From assembly GCA_002104945.1 (NCBI GenBank), contig MCFH01000046.1, positions 372,001 to 436,000 on the forward strand: a stretch of DNA of 64,000 bases. The letters run 5' to 3'. Position numbers and translations under genes: made by a program. A model generated the notes under the pieces. The model was not told where the DNA came from. It worked only from the letters and a program-made list of their open reading frames with translations, and ran no database searches. This DNA is from Piromyces finnis finn. Lineage: Eukaryota > Fungi > Neocallimastigomycota. This document shows, piece by piece, positions 1 through 14,245 of the stretch (its first letter is position 1; every line of letters starts with the position of its first letter).

Positions 1-557
1 AAAATGGATAACACATTTTTTAATATAAATTTATATTAAAAACGCTTTTGCTTCATCTATTCTTTAATCTATTTCAACGTAGTAAAATATAAATAAATAA
101 ACAATTCTGTAATAATTGAATTCTATTTTTGTGCCATTTAAAAATTAGGTATAAAATAGTTAAAGCATTCTATATAATGCATATAGCCTTAAAATAACTT
201 TACTTGCTGGTGATAAACTTTAAAAGGATCATCTTAGTATCATAAGCTTTTTATTAATATATTTACTAAAAAAATAAAAGGTTTCTATTATATTGGGTGA
301 AAAAGTTATAGAATATTTGAATAGATATTAATATATAATGTATACATTTAATGTAAATTAAAAAATGTACAAAAATTCATTTCATTATTTAGGATTAAAT
401 TTCAATTTAATATTAATTATCCTTTTTTTTTGAAGCTCCCTTTTTTGATTAATTTTAATTAAAACGTTTTTGTAGGTAAGTTAAAAATTTCTAAATATGT
501 ATTTAAATATATTATTCTAAATTAAATTGAAAATAAAATAGCATGGACTAATATATT

Positions 558-663
558 TATGTATTTAATAATATATTATTAATAGAATTGAAATATGAGT
601 TTTTTTACTTTATGTATTTAATAATATATTATTAATAGAATTGAAATATGAGTTTTTTTACTT
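558..663. repeat. Perfect tandem duplication of a 53-bp unit
   Basis: TATGTATTTAATAATATATTATTAATAGAATTGAAATATGAGTTTTTTTACTT occurs at 558-610 and 611-663. Confidence 0.9.
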
Positions 664-2049
664 AAAAAGTATAGTTGTAATACTCTGAATATACTATTAA
701 AATATATTTTAATTTGAAAAACCATATACTATAAGAAAGCTTAATAAATATCAAAAATAAATTTTAATATTAAAAATTAACCAATATAATTAATACAATT
801 AAACATACGAATTTGATTGGTTTTACAAATTTATTAATATCCTTATTTACTGAATAAACTAAAAAAAAAAATTCATTTTTTTAAAATTTTTATGAAATAT
901 TTTGTAAAGGTGTAAAATGTGAAATGAAATTGGGCAATGAGATTTTAACGGTGATATTGTTTGTCGTTGTATTAATATTAAATAGTTGGATAATTATGGA
1001 AAAGAAGAACTATAATAAAGTTATAGTGATATTAAATCTATTTTTTTAAAATTTCAATAATTATTAGATTTAAAATGTATATGTATAGCTTAAAAACAAT
1101 TTTATAAAAAAATAATAGAATTGTAATTAAAAATCATGGTAAATGTATAGTAAAATTATAAACAAGACAATATCTTATAAATAAAGTAAAGTAGTAAAAT
1201 GAATTATTATTATAAGTAAAATTATCACTTTTTTTATAAAAATTATTTCTGATTTTAAATCACTATATTTAAAAAATATTTATTTACATATAATAATAAA
1301 TAATACGTAATATGTATTGTAATTGTAAAAAAAAAAAAAAAAAAAAAAACTATTTAAAATGACTAATAATGAAAAGCATTTGTTTATAGAGGACTTTAAA
1401 TTTAATTAAAAATTGTATATATATAAATTATGGTTTTATTTGAGTTTAAAAGATAAGTAATATATATTTAGATTTATAGTTTTTTTAAGGTTTACATAAT
1501 TTAATTTTAAAAAGTTATTAGAATTTTGTTACTATTTAAATATCATTTATTTTAAACAGTATAAACTCAATATTATCTTATAAATATTGAATTATCATTT
1601 TTTTTTCTTCATAAATATTATATAAATATTGGATTATAACTTTTTTTTCTTTAATATTATAAACTTTGAATCGTTAATCTATAAAAATCTTTTTAAAAAT
1701 TCATGTTGTTAAAAATTAACTTTTAATAATAGTTTAAAAAAATTAAAGTTTTAATTTGGAATGAATTGAAACTTTAATCCTTTGAGAAATATATTGTAAT
1801 ACTATAACGAATATATTAATTTTTATTTTTACTATTTTTTTTATTGCTGATATTGTAATATAACTAATAATGAACAAACGGCGGCAATATTATTTAATTA
1901 ATGACTTAGCACATGTTTTATTATATTACTAACTATTACTCTATATAATAAAATTTTATTTTTTTTTTAATTATAAAAAATTATTCATATGTAAGGACGA
2001 TTATAAATGCTATTATTTAGATTTATTTAAACACATATATATATAAGCC

Positions 2050-2080
<31 letters not shown>

Positions 2081-2560
2081 TATAAAATAATAATGAATTA
2101 AAGGGTGACATGAAACAAGAATTAAAATATTTTTATTGTATTAATTTTCTTTTTTTTTTTATTAAAATTGAAAAATTAAAAACTTTTTAATTTTACTTAT
2201 TTACATTGTCATCTTTATTTTAAAAAATCTTAATTATTTGTTAACAACTATTTATAATTTTGGTATAAAATAAATTTAATTATATTTTTATTTATATAAA
2301 AATATTAAAATAGATATTTCTGTAGTGAAACATTTTATCTAAAAGAAAAAGTTAGGACAACAAAAAAGTCAAAAGAACAAATAATCTAACCCTTATATTT
2401 AAATTAAATTCCTAATCCTTAATGCTTCATTCTCAATTATTTAATTAATGATTAATAAATCACTTGATCAACCTAAACTTTTTTTTATTAATAAAAAAAT
2501 AAATCATTTTATATGAAAAAATTAAAGATATTTATTTGGATAAATAAATTTTTGAAACCC

Positions 2561-2561
2561 A

Positions 2562-2608
<47 letters not shown>

Positions 2609-2611
2609 ATA
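2561..2611. repeat. (TAAA)n microsatellite
   Basis: Directly visible, about 210 bp downstream of the Nup192 stop. Confidence 0.95.
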
Positions 2612-2819
2612 TACTTTTAATGAAAATTTAGTATAAATATATTAATGATATATAGATTCATTATTTTTATACTTTTATTGTTGAAATTCAAAGAAAACTA
2701 CAAAATATGTTGTAACAATTGTTTTTATATAATAAATATATTAAAAAAAAGATACATTATTATTTTTGATTAGAAATAAAATATTATAAAAAGGCAAAAA
2801 AAAAAAAATATTTTGATAA

Positions 2820-4611
2820 TTAAATTAATAAATCTTTAATAGCGTTGGTAATATTTTGTGAAAATCTTTGATAATTTGTTGTATCCTTTGGTAAAATATT
2901 TGATATTTCAATTGGCTAATTAATTTTATTGTATTAAAAAAAAAAAAAGATTGCTTTAGTATTTTTAATTTATATAGGTATTATCATTATTATTATCGAT
3001 TGATAATATTAAATTTACCATAGTAAATTGTTTTAGTTTATTCAAGGTATTCAAGATTATCTTTGACATTGGTAATTCAATGGATGGATTGATTTCATCA
3101 ATGAAATGTTTCCATTTATTAATATCGATTTCTTTGTAATAATTGAGATGACTCCATAATAGAATAAGGGAATGCTCAATAATATCTATACATGTTAAAA
3201 AATATTAAATATATATAAAAGAGCGAAAAATAGATAAGAATTATTTCGTTTTTTTTTTTTTTTTTTTTTTTTTTAATAAATAAGTTTTAAAAAATTAATA
3301 TGCCTATTTTAATGGTTTATCATTGCATTTATTAGGAGTACTTACAAAGACAAGTACTTATTTCATGGGATTTTAATCTTATCAAATTGGTTAAACCAAG
3401 TTGTATTTCTTGTATATTAGCATTATAATTCATATTATTATTAGATTGATATTTATCTAGTTTTTCGGATAATTCTCTAACGTCAGAGGAAGTAGTTAAC
3501 ATATCATCTAAATTTTCATTTATACTACAAATAAGATTGTAAATAGTTGGTAACTTTCTAATATTGTAATTACTTTGTTCAATACTATTTCTTTCATAAA
3601 CAAATACTGGGCTAATGCTAGTAATTTCATCTATTCAACGAAATTAATAAGTAGTAGAAAGATGACCATAAAATAAATTAGTTTGTTATAATAATAAAAA
3701 ATACATCGATTTTTTTTTTTTTTTTTTTTTAAATAGATTTTACCTTTGGATAGAAGATTCCAAATACTTTTATTGGTAGAAATCAAATATAAATATTTCA
3801 TAGTATTCATGCATATTTTCTTTCTTAGTTGTTGTGCTTCCCATTGATATACCGATTTAATATTATTATTAGATGCTATAAAATAAAACATTAGTATACA
3901 TAGTACAATATAAATATATTTGAAATGAAGAATATATATATATTTTCTATTAAGCTTATTGTAACTTACAGATTAAAATAGGTTGATTAGATAAATATTT
4001 CTCTATTTCATTAATTGGTTTTAAATGTGGTAACCAATGATAAATAATGGAATACTTTTGATATATATTTATGATTAATGAATGGAATGAATTATTTCCT
4101 GGTCCAGGTAACTATATATACATATACATACAAATATAATAAATAATATAATCAAGTTAATTATTTTACTTTTTTTAACATTTTAAATTTTTTTAAGCAT
4201 ACAATTTCATTTAATAATTCTTCATAATCTGTTAAATAAGAAAAGATGGCTGTAATAAGGTCTAATTCCTTCATCGATTTTAATGTCGTAATTTGGTCTT
4301 TCATTATAATCATTATTATATCTTTGTAGATTTGAATAAATTGGGCAATCTAGAAAAATATATATATTAAATAAATTAAATATATATATATTTAAAAAAA
4401 ACGCGTTACTACTATTAATGAGATAAAAATCATTTTTATTTTTAATACCTTAATCATATAACTATTATAGCGTTGAATAAATTGTTCTTTAAATTCTATA
4501 TCTGAGCTATCTTGATAATTATATAAACTTAAGATTCTAACTAATAATTGAAGAATTGGATATAATAATTGATGATATCTTTCTCTTAAAGATGGTGCAA
4601 ATGTACCAATA

Positions 4612-4652
<41 letters not shown>

Positions 4653-7600
4653 AAATAAAATATTTAAGTACATATATATATGATATCATAAATTACATAG
4701 TTACAAAAAAAAAAAAAAAAAAAAAAAAAAGAATTCTACATACCAATATTCAATTGTTCATATTCTGGTTTCAAGTTTAAGTAAGAGAATTTTGCAAAAT
4801 TTTCTAATAAACCAGTATTTAATATTAAATTAATACCCTTTATTGTTTCACTTAAGGAAAGGAGGAAACTCATTTTCGATTCATATAAATATAAAGCATT
4901 TAAAGATACTTTTTATATATATTAAATAAATATATAAGTAATAACAATAAAAAAAAAAAAAAAAAAAAAAAATTAGCATTTATATCCTATTTTATAAAAT
5001 ATTATATCAATATATTATAATATATATATTTGACTTATTTTTATTATTATTACTTGGGTTATCATTTTGTAAAATATCATGAATAGATTCAATCATGGTC
5101 TTGTTGTTAAAGTCCTTGATGATTAAATGAATGATTTTATTTTCCTTTAAAAATTTCAAAACATAATCAATGTTGAAGATGGTTCTTGAGAATTTACAAA
5201 GTTTACTTAAAAAGGTGTAGGCGGATATACGCCAAATTATTTGAGATTTGAAAATATCATAGGTTGCGCTTTCCATTAATACACGGAAGTATTTAAAGAA
5301 TGTTTTTAAAACTTCATCCATTTTAGTATCATCCTTAATTATTCTATTCTTATCAACCCATTCTTCTAATTCTCTAGCAGTTGGAACAATTTCTAAATCA
5401 TCTTTACTTCCAGTGAAGATAATATCAGAAGTAATGGCATAGTCCATACATTTTGTAAGGAAGGTATAAAGGTGTCCACGAATAGATACATAGACGTCGT
5501 TATTTTGATTATCATCAGAATTCTTACTTCTAACCTTGAGGAAAAGTTTTAATAAAAGATATATAAGATGATAGGTTAATGGATATGTTTTTTGCTTCTC
5601 TTTATTAGATTCCATTAAGATACTATTGATTTCAGTAACATTATTAAGAAGTTGAGTTAAAAGTGTAACTGATGTTTTTACATATAATAAAACAAAGTCT
5701 TGATTTTCTTCTAGGGTTGATCTAATTAATAATTCAATTATAATGTTGTAGAGAACAATACTACGTTGATCATAGGTCATAAACTTGTTACATTTAAGAT
5801 AAACGGTTTCTACAATCTCAATCCATGCTTTTACATAGTTATACTGAGCCATAATCATTTCGCGAGAGTGATTTACTGCAAATAAATATTCCAGAACTTG
5901 ACGCATTTCCATTTGATACATATCTTTTTGACTTTGAATAGTAATAACGTTATGCTTTATAAGATACATTTGATAAATTTCCATCATACGGTAGATGCTA
6001 GTAATGTCATAAACATCTACTCCTTGGCTATTACTTTGAATAAATTTATCATAATCAATTTTTTTTAAGTAAAAAAGATTAGTATCTTCTTTAAATTTAA
6101 GTGGAAGTGGCTTCTTTGGTACTTCATCAATAGAGGAAAGAATTGAAAGGAGACGATTTGAAATAGTATTTTCATGATTAACAATTGGTTGTAATAAAAG
6201 TTTCATCAATTGTTGAATATAGTGTTTGCAGGAATCTTGATTTTTAATAGTATGAAGGTCAAGAGCAATGGTCTTCATTATCCATTTTTGACGAATTAAT
6301 TGAGAAATGAATACAGAAGCCTTGGATAAATAAGTTTTAATGACCTTATTGATGAAATCTAATTGCTTTGGATATTGTTTACTATTTGGATTTTCTGAAA
6401 GAAGAACTGTATCAACAATAATGCCATTAAATTGATGCTTTAATGGTAAACCCTTTAATTGAATTGTATTTAGATTTTCGTCAAATCTTAAATAATTGAG
6501 AATAATTTTTTCGGTATCTTTAGAGGCGCAGAGTCGATATAAAACTTCACAAGCTTTTTCATTTAAGTATGGATTTTTGTGAGCTGGCATATTAATTTCA
6601 TTCTTTATTATTTCTAAAAGTTCTTTGAAACAACCATTTTTTATATATTGCTCATAATCATTTCTGTGATTATAAGAATCATTATCTAATGCCTCATTTT
6701 CGCTTTCTTCACTGTCATCGTCACTACTGATGTCTTCTTCCATACTTGGTAAACTATTCATTAATTTTTTTTTCATATTTCTTTTTAAATCAATACCTAA
6801 AATATAGTTTGCTAATGGTGCTAATTTTGGCTGAGAATCGTCTGAACGCTGATTATCTAATAAAAGGTGAAGGATAGCTGCTTGTAAAGTATTAGAAACA
6901 ATTGGTAATTCTTCTAAATCATGAATTTCAAAAAGGTTCATAATATCTTCTACTGTTTTAGAGTCGTATACATTTTCTGTTAAGAAACGACCAAAAATAT
7001 CTAAACCACTGTAATATGAAGGTAATTCAATTGGTTTCTCAATTTCGTAATGTTTAATAGCTTTCATAAAACCATTTAATATCTTGCTTGAATTTTCAGA
7101 TGAAGATAATATATTAGCAATAGACTGACATTTTTGTTGAATGAAAGAATCACCATCTTCAATTTGTAATACATTTGATTCTTGGAAATATGGTGATAAG
7201 GAAAGATTTAATAATATCTTAGAAACATAAATACTTATATTTTCATTAATAGGATTATCTATTAAATGTGAGATATTAACAATAATTTCTGGACAGTAGG
7301 CAAAGTATTCATCTAAATGTGTCATTGCTTCAGGAATTGAATATGGAAGGTTAAATTTATTAATCTTTGGTATTAAAAGGCCAAGGAAGGAATCTTGGAT
7401 ATTTAATACAGTTAAAAGAAGTTGAAGAACATGTTCAATGGATTGTGACTTAAGATGATTAATATGTCTATCATTCATATTATCTGTGGCTTCATTAAAA
7501 TCTTGGAAATATAAAATACGTAAGATACTAGTTAAAAATTCTGAACCATCTAAAATTTTGCACATCATTTGACAACCTGGGTGTAGAGCTAAATTCAATA

Positions 7601-10600
7601 ATGAAATATTACCTATAGTTTCAGCTTCTTCATTTATATTGGTTTCATTTATACTTTTTTCTGAAAGGTCTGGTGAACTAGAAGAGCTAATTAATATATT
7701 TGCATTATCATTTTTATCTACATTAAAGATATCACTTTCTTCGGTATCTTCATTATTATCTGCACTTTTAGTTTTTATGTAATTTTTCATATTTTGAATC
7801 ATTTCTTTATTAAGAAAAGATCCTTCAATATTGAAAGAATTAAACCATTGATTGAAAATTCTAAGAGACGATTCAATAATTTCCCATTTTTGATGAGAGA
7901 TTTTATAATCACGATCAAATGCTTTCATAAAGATATCATATATAATATAATTAACATAGTCCATATTGTTAAAATTATTTAATTTTTTATCATATAAACT
8001 ATAATTTTGAAGATTTTGTGATAAAATACTGATTAAATTCATAAAGGCAATAGTTTCTGAATAAATACCAATGGAAGATTCAACTTCTTCTAATTCATAA
8101 AGCATATTATTTTGCAAATAAATTGAAGTTTGTGAAGTATTAGAAGATATTGTTAAATTAGATTTTGATGCTAATTCTTGATCATCAAAACTCTTCCATT
8201 TAATAATATATTGTTTGTTACTTTTAATATAGTTTTGATAAATATTCTTTTTTTGAATTAGGTAATAATTATTTTTGTTAATATTATTTGTTTTATTATT
8301 AGACTTCAAGAAGTGAGATTGCTCTAATATTAACCATACTTGTCTTGTAATATCAATATGTTTACCATTAATTGGAAGACAAAATGCTGATATTGTGCGA
8401 AATATGGATGCGTGTAATGAAATTTTTATAGAATCTTCAAGTGATTCTGAACGATAACATAATAAATTAAATAAATGATTTACTGCTTGATATTTTGGAT
8501 TTTCATAAAGTGTGGTTCTTGCTTGAATTGAATAATGTGCGACTTGTCGAATTAATCTTAATATTGCTTTTAATAGGTTTAAATCTGAGTTTACAATAAA
8601 AGCAGATGAATGATTCTGAGCTTTTATTATAAAATCGTTTAATGATGTAAATATTACAATCCAGTTAAATTTATTGTAATTTGGATATGATGAATTGGTA
8701 ATATTTGATTGCATAAAATCATTTGCTATTAAATGATCGTATGTAATTTGTGCACATGATTTTCCTGTTGCTAAAGCAGCTAAGAAATTTACATATATAC
8801 TTTTATCCCCATGAATGAATACATTTATTGATTTAACTATGAAGTTATATAAATAATCTATTTTCCAAAAGCGAAGACCATAATCCATGTTACTACCAAT
8901 AAATCTAGATAATAAATATAAAATATTTTCATGATTCTTTTATGAAGTAAATATTAGAAAATTAATTATATATATTTTTAATTATATTTATATATTAATT
9001 AATTAGTAATATATAATTAGTAATATATTTTTATATATAATATGAAATTTAAATAAACAAATAAAAAAAGTATAAATACCATAATTTGTTCTGCATTATC
9101 ATTAACAGAAATAATTAATTCAGAGTTGTATTTAATAAGTAATTCAAAGAATTGTTGAATTTCCAAAAACTTAAATTTATCTAAATCATCATCATTTGGT
9201 TGTACATGTGAGGGTGAAAAATTATCAATGTTATTTGATGTTTTATCATTATCCAAATATAAAAATGAAGATGAAGACATATCTCTTGAAAGATATTCAT
9301 TCATATTATTTCCAGTATTTTCTTCAATTATATGTTCATCATCAAAAAATGCTTGATTTTGTTGAACCATAGGTGTAAATGGTGAATTTGGTACTGCTAA
9401 TTCCATAAAATTGATAGTAGAAGTAGAATGCTTTGTATTATTATATCTTTTTGGAAGGTACATATAGTTTTTTAAAGTTCGTAAAAAGTCATTAGTTTTA
9501 AAGGCTTCATTTAATATAGTATCAATTTTTTCTTTATTCATTTTATATTTTGGTGTAATATTTGAATAATATTGGAATTGTTGAGCCCATTGAATCAAAA
9601 TAATAGCACGAATACCAAAATTTTCTTGTCTCCATAATTCTTTATTAAGTATTAAATTATGAAAATTTGAAACAAACTCTGTATTTAGTAGATAACTATT
9701 ATTTGTATTTCTTAATTCATCTTCTGGATTTAATTCTTTTATATTAATATCATTTTCTAAAATTTTATTTGTAAAGAAAAAAATAAGAAAAAGAAATTAA
9801 ATTATAATATATAATATAAATCAAAATAATAAAAAGGATGAATAAACTTGCTTAAGATAATGATTAATAGTATTAAGTTTAATTTATATAATTTTATATA
9901 CCTATAGAGTTATCGCTTATACTATCTACTGGTAGTTTTAAATATTCTAAAATCATTGATAATAAATTATTTAAAAGAGTATTGTCTTCTTCTTTTACAA
10001 TTTGTTGCATAACGTCTATAGCATCTTGATAATTAGCATAATGGAGATTAAAAAGTTGAATAAGAATGACATTTATTAACTTTTGTTCATATAAAATAAT
10101 ATTTTCTTTTTTATTTAATAAATAGTTATAATAATTTTCTTGTTGTTCTGTTACTTCAAAATCTAACTGTTCAGATGGCTCTGAAATTTTTCTTATATAA
10201 TCAATCATTAGATTAATTAGTCTTATTTTATTATCATTTTCTTCATTAGTTTCAGATAGTATTAATAAACTTGTGGTATTAATAATATTTTTAATAAATT
10301 TTGAAAATATATCATGAATACTTTTAGAAAATTTGTTTTCTATTAAGCCTGAAAGGATGAATTTCCATGATAATAAAATATAATAACGACAAGTATAATA
10401 AGAATGGAACGCTGATAATAATATCTTTATTTCATTATTTTTACTATTGTCATTGCTACACGAAGATTTTAAGTTATGATTATTATGATTTCCATTATTG
10501 CTTTTAATAGATTGATAAAGTAAAGTAGCAGCTAGATTTTCATCTATATTCAAAACAGAAGAAAGAATTAATGCATTAGTAATGAAACGTTGATTAATTT

Positions 10601-10814
10601 TGAAATTTTCATTCTCGATTTTTATTTGTCCAGATTGAAGTTTTGCATTATTAGAAGAATTTGATTTTGTTTTTTCTATAATGTTTTCAAAGAATGATTG
10701 ATTATCCTCAAGAAATATTTTTAAATTTTCTTCATTATTTTCATTCTGTGATATATCACAGAGTTTATTGTAAATTCTAACTGAATTTATTATATAATAT
10801 ATGTCTACTGTCAT
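2820..10814 (-). CDS. NUP192: Nucleoporin Nup192/Nup205 (inner-ring scaffold), about 11 exons
   Basis: ORFs 9894-10814, 9017-9598 and 5007-8888 plus smaller exons down to about 2820 join in frame via GT-AG introns. Recognisable segments: N-terminal LQSGQIKIENENFKINQRFITNALILSSVLNIDENLAATLL, ALYLYESKMSFLLSL, and C-terminal IIEHSLILLWSHLNYY. Last exon ends NAIKDLLI*. Family call is from remembered motif similarity. Confidence 0.85.
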
Positions 10815-11806
10815 TTTTCTTAATAATAAGTGTATTGAAATATTATAAATTATAAATTATAATTATTATTATTTTTTAATAGATGAGTATGTGTATGTGT
10901 ACAAAATAAAAAATTATTAAAGAATATTATAATTTAAATTTAGATTAAAAGAAATTCATTAATTTTTGATTATTTAATTAAATTCCATTATTGATATCAT
11001 ATATATTTAATAATAAAATCTTTTTTAAGAATCATATAATCAAATTTTTATTATTAATATGATTTTTTTTTTTTTTTTTTTTTTATTAATTCAAGAAGCA
11101 AAATACTGATTTTTTTGAATTAATATAATATCATTAACAAAATTTATTTGTATATATAAATTTTTAAAGAAATTCCTTAAATAAAACTGTACTTTATTTT
11201 AAAAAACAATTTTATTTAAAAATTCTAAAATAAAACAAAAATGAATATCAATATTGTTAATAATATTATTTTTGTTAGATTATTTTTAATCCAATCATAA
11301 TGTATTTTTTTTAATTTCTGTATACATTATGTTATGATGGATAATATATATAAATTATTATTATTTATTTTGTGTGGTTATAAATAAATAATATACCAAA
11401 TATTTCATATTTTATAAAGTATAATTTACTAATTACTTTATTCAATGTACTTTCAGGAAAACTCTTTATATTTTTATTTTTAATTTTACATACAAATTTA
11501 AAACAAAATTACTATATAAATGCTTAATATTATAAAAATACAATGAATATAAAATATAAAATTAAAAATATTATTTATATTATTTATATCAATAATAACA
11601 AAAATAATATAAATTAATTTTATTCTATTAAATATGATTATATAATTATAATAAACATAGCTTCTAAATTATTATTTTTCCAGTATATAATTTTATAATT
11701 TTTTAATATTTAAAATTTCTTCTTTTTATGTGTTACTACCAATTGTATATATAATGATAAATTCAACAGGAATAAACTTTTAGCTACAAATAACTATTTT
11801 TTATAT

Positions 11807-13602
11807 TTATTCAGTTGGTGTTAAATTTGGTTTTCTTGCTAAACATACTAATGGGAATACACCTTCTTCCATTGTTGAATTATTTATACCAAAACCCCAG
11901 CCATCTGAATAAACAGCCTTGACCTTTATATTTTTTAAGATAAAAATTAAATTTTGTTAGAATTTTTTATTAAATAAAAATAATATATTTTAAATTACTG
12001 AAAATATTGATCTCTGTTAATTAATATTTACCGTAATCTTATCACCGAGTTGTAATGTTAATTCATCTAATTCACGTGCATCATATCCAGCAGATACTGG
12101 AATATCTGGATCACAATCCTTCATTGAATTATTTTGGTTTAATTGGTTAACACCATTAGCAGTAGATTGTCTTTTTGATAAGCGTTTTAAATCAATGTGA
12201 CTACTTTCATTTATTGAACTATTCATAAAATATCCTTCTTGGAATGAAATTGTTTTTGGTTCAATAGGTGTTAGATTTAATGAGCTATCAAAACCATCTA
12301 TTATTTGAAGATTACTTGGAAGGTTTAATGAATTTTCAATAGGTTTACTATTGTTCTTAGTATTAATTACTTCTTCTTGCTCTTTTTCTGGTGTTGATTT
12401 TGTTGAGTCTAATAGTTTTTGGTGATCATCTTCTATCTTTTGAATTTCTAATTCATCATCACTATTCTCTTCATTAATTTCATCTTGATTTGTAACATAA
12501 AGCTTCTTCTTTACGCTTTTTGATTTTTTATCATTTGAATTTAAATTTTGAGAAGAGTTAAAATTTTGATCAGTTTCAGAATTTTGAATGTTTGTTTGAT
12601 TATTTATAGTGTTGAGATTTTGTTGAGGTTGTTGCTGCATCGATCCGTATGTAACATTTAATGGATTTGAATTTAATGTGTTAGTGTTGCAATTTTGAGT
12701 GGGATATATAATTCCAGTATTAACATTTGGTGCATTCATCGTTGGTAAATATGTATTTTGTTGAGGTATAAAGGCTATGTTATTTGTTTGTGGGACTTGA
12801 TACATTTGATTTTGTATTCCTGGGTTCATATTATTCATATTATTCATACCGTTTATATTGTTTATATTGTTTGTATTATTCATATTATTAATTGGTAATG
12901 GTGGTCTCATCTGACCTACTGAATTAATTGAATGAATTGTACCAGCCCTTGAATTTAAAGTGTTAAATGAATTAACAGAATGCATAGTATTTGAGTTAAT
13001 GGAATGCATAGTACCTCCTCTTGAATTCATTGTACTTCTAGAGTTAATTGTATTTAAGGTATTAATAGTGCCAAAACCTTGGTTATTATTTTTAGTAAAT
13101 GACATATCATTTTTCGAATAATTTAGTGCATTTTCTATTTGTGGAAGAGAGGCCGAATTATAAATTGGATCAATGAAGCTATTATTTGAAGAATTTACTG
13201 AATTTACTTTCCATGGTAAGTTTGTATATAATTGCTCTTCTCTTTCTTCATACGATTGACGACGATTGTTAACAAACATAAAAACCATAAGTGAAATACC
13301 AGCTGTAATTGCAACAACAGAAATAACAATTACCACTTTTGTTGTTCCTGGTATACTATTGTTATTATTATTACTATCTTTTATTTCTTTATTATTATTA
13401 TTATTATCTGACGTTTCGATAGCTTTGTTATTTTCTGTTGATTGATTTACATTATTTTGTGTTACTGTTTGAGAAACCTCCTTTGTATCTTCAGGAAAAC
13501 CTATTTTATATTCTATATATAAAGGAGATGCTTGTCGTTTTCTTAAACCAAAAGAATTATCAACAATATTATCATTATATCCATTATTATATCCATTAAA
13601 AC

Positions 13603-13633
<31 letters not shown>

Positions 13634-14245
13634 TGTGTTGGCTATATCATTTCCATTGCCATAAGTTGAATAAATTGAATCATTTCCATTTGTTGGTCCA
13701 TTTACAGTATTATCTACATTAATATCTGAATTAAGGTCATAATTGGTGATGCGATACCCAACATCTGGTGTGTTACTATTGATTAATTTTATTTCTAATA
13801 ATATTTCAGTTGCTGAATCAGGTGTCAATTTAGTATCTTTTTTATAACAAAGATAATAACTTGTTTTTTCTGTGTTATATCCAAATTGATTGGATTGAGA
13901 TTCCTTTAATGGATGTGGAAATTTTGTATAACCAATTGGAGTTAGTTCATTATCTCTAATAACTTTTATGTCCAAATATGCTTGCTCTGAATTTTTATTA
14001 TCGTTTGTTTTTACTGCTATATATCTATATTCATTTTGGAAGCCATCATTTTGATAAATATATTGTTGTATATATTTCCAATTAAAATCTGGTGGTTGAT
14101 TATCTATTATATTTTTACAATTTAATTTTCCATTTCGCATTGATATATCATTTGGACAAGATATAATTGTTATATCAGTAATATATGAGGAATTTACTAT
14201 TGCTGATAAAAGTAATGTTCCTAATATTGAGAATTTTAACTTCAT
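11807..14245 (-). CDS. Single-pass type I membrane protein: signal peptide, repeat ectodomain, TM, long N/Q-rich tail, C-terminal SH3
   Basis: ORF 12017-14245 starts with signal peptide MKLKFSILGTLLLSAIVNS and has TM VVIVISVVAITAGISLMVFMFV. The SH3 begins AGYDARELDELTLQLGDKIT and is completed after an intron (GTAAAT...TATAAAG) by exon 11807-11925 VKAVYSDGWGFGINNSTMEEGVFPLVCL...TPTE*. Confidence 0.85.
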
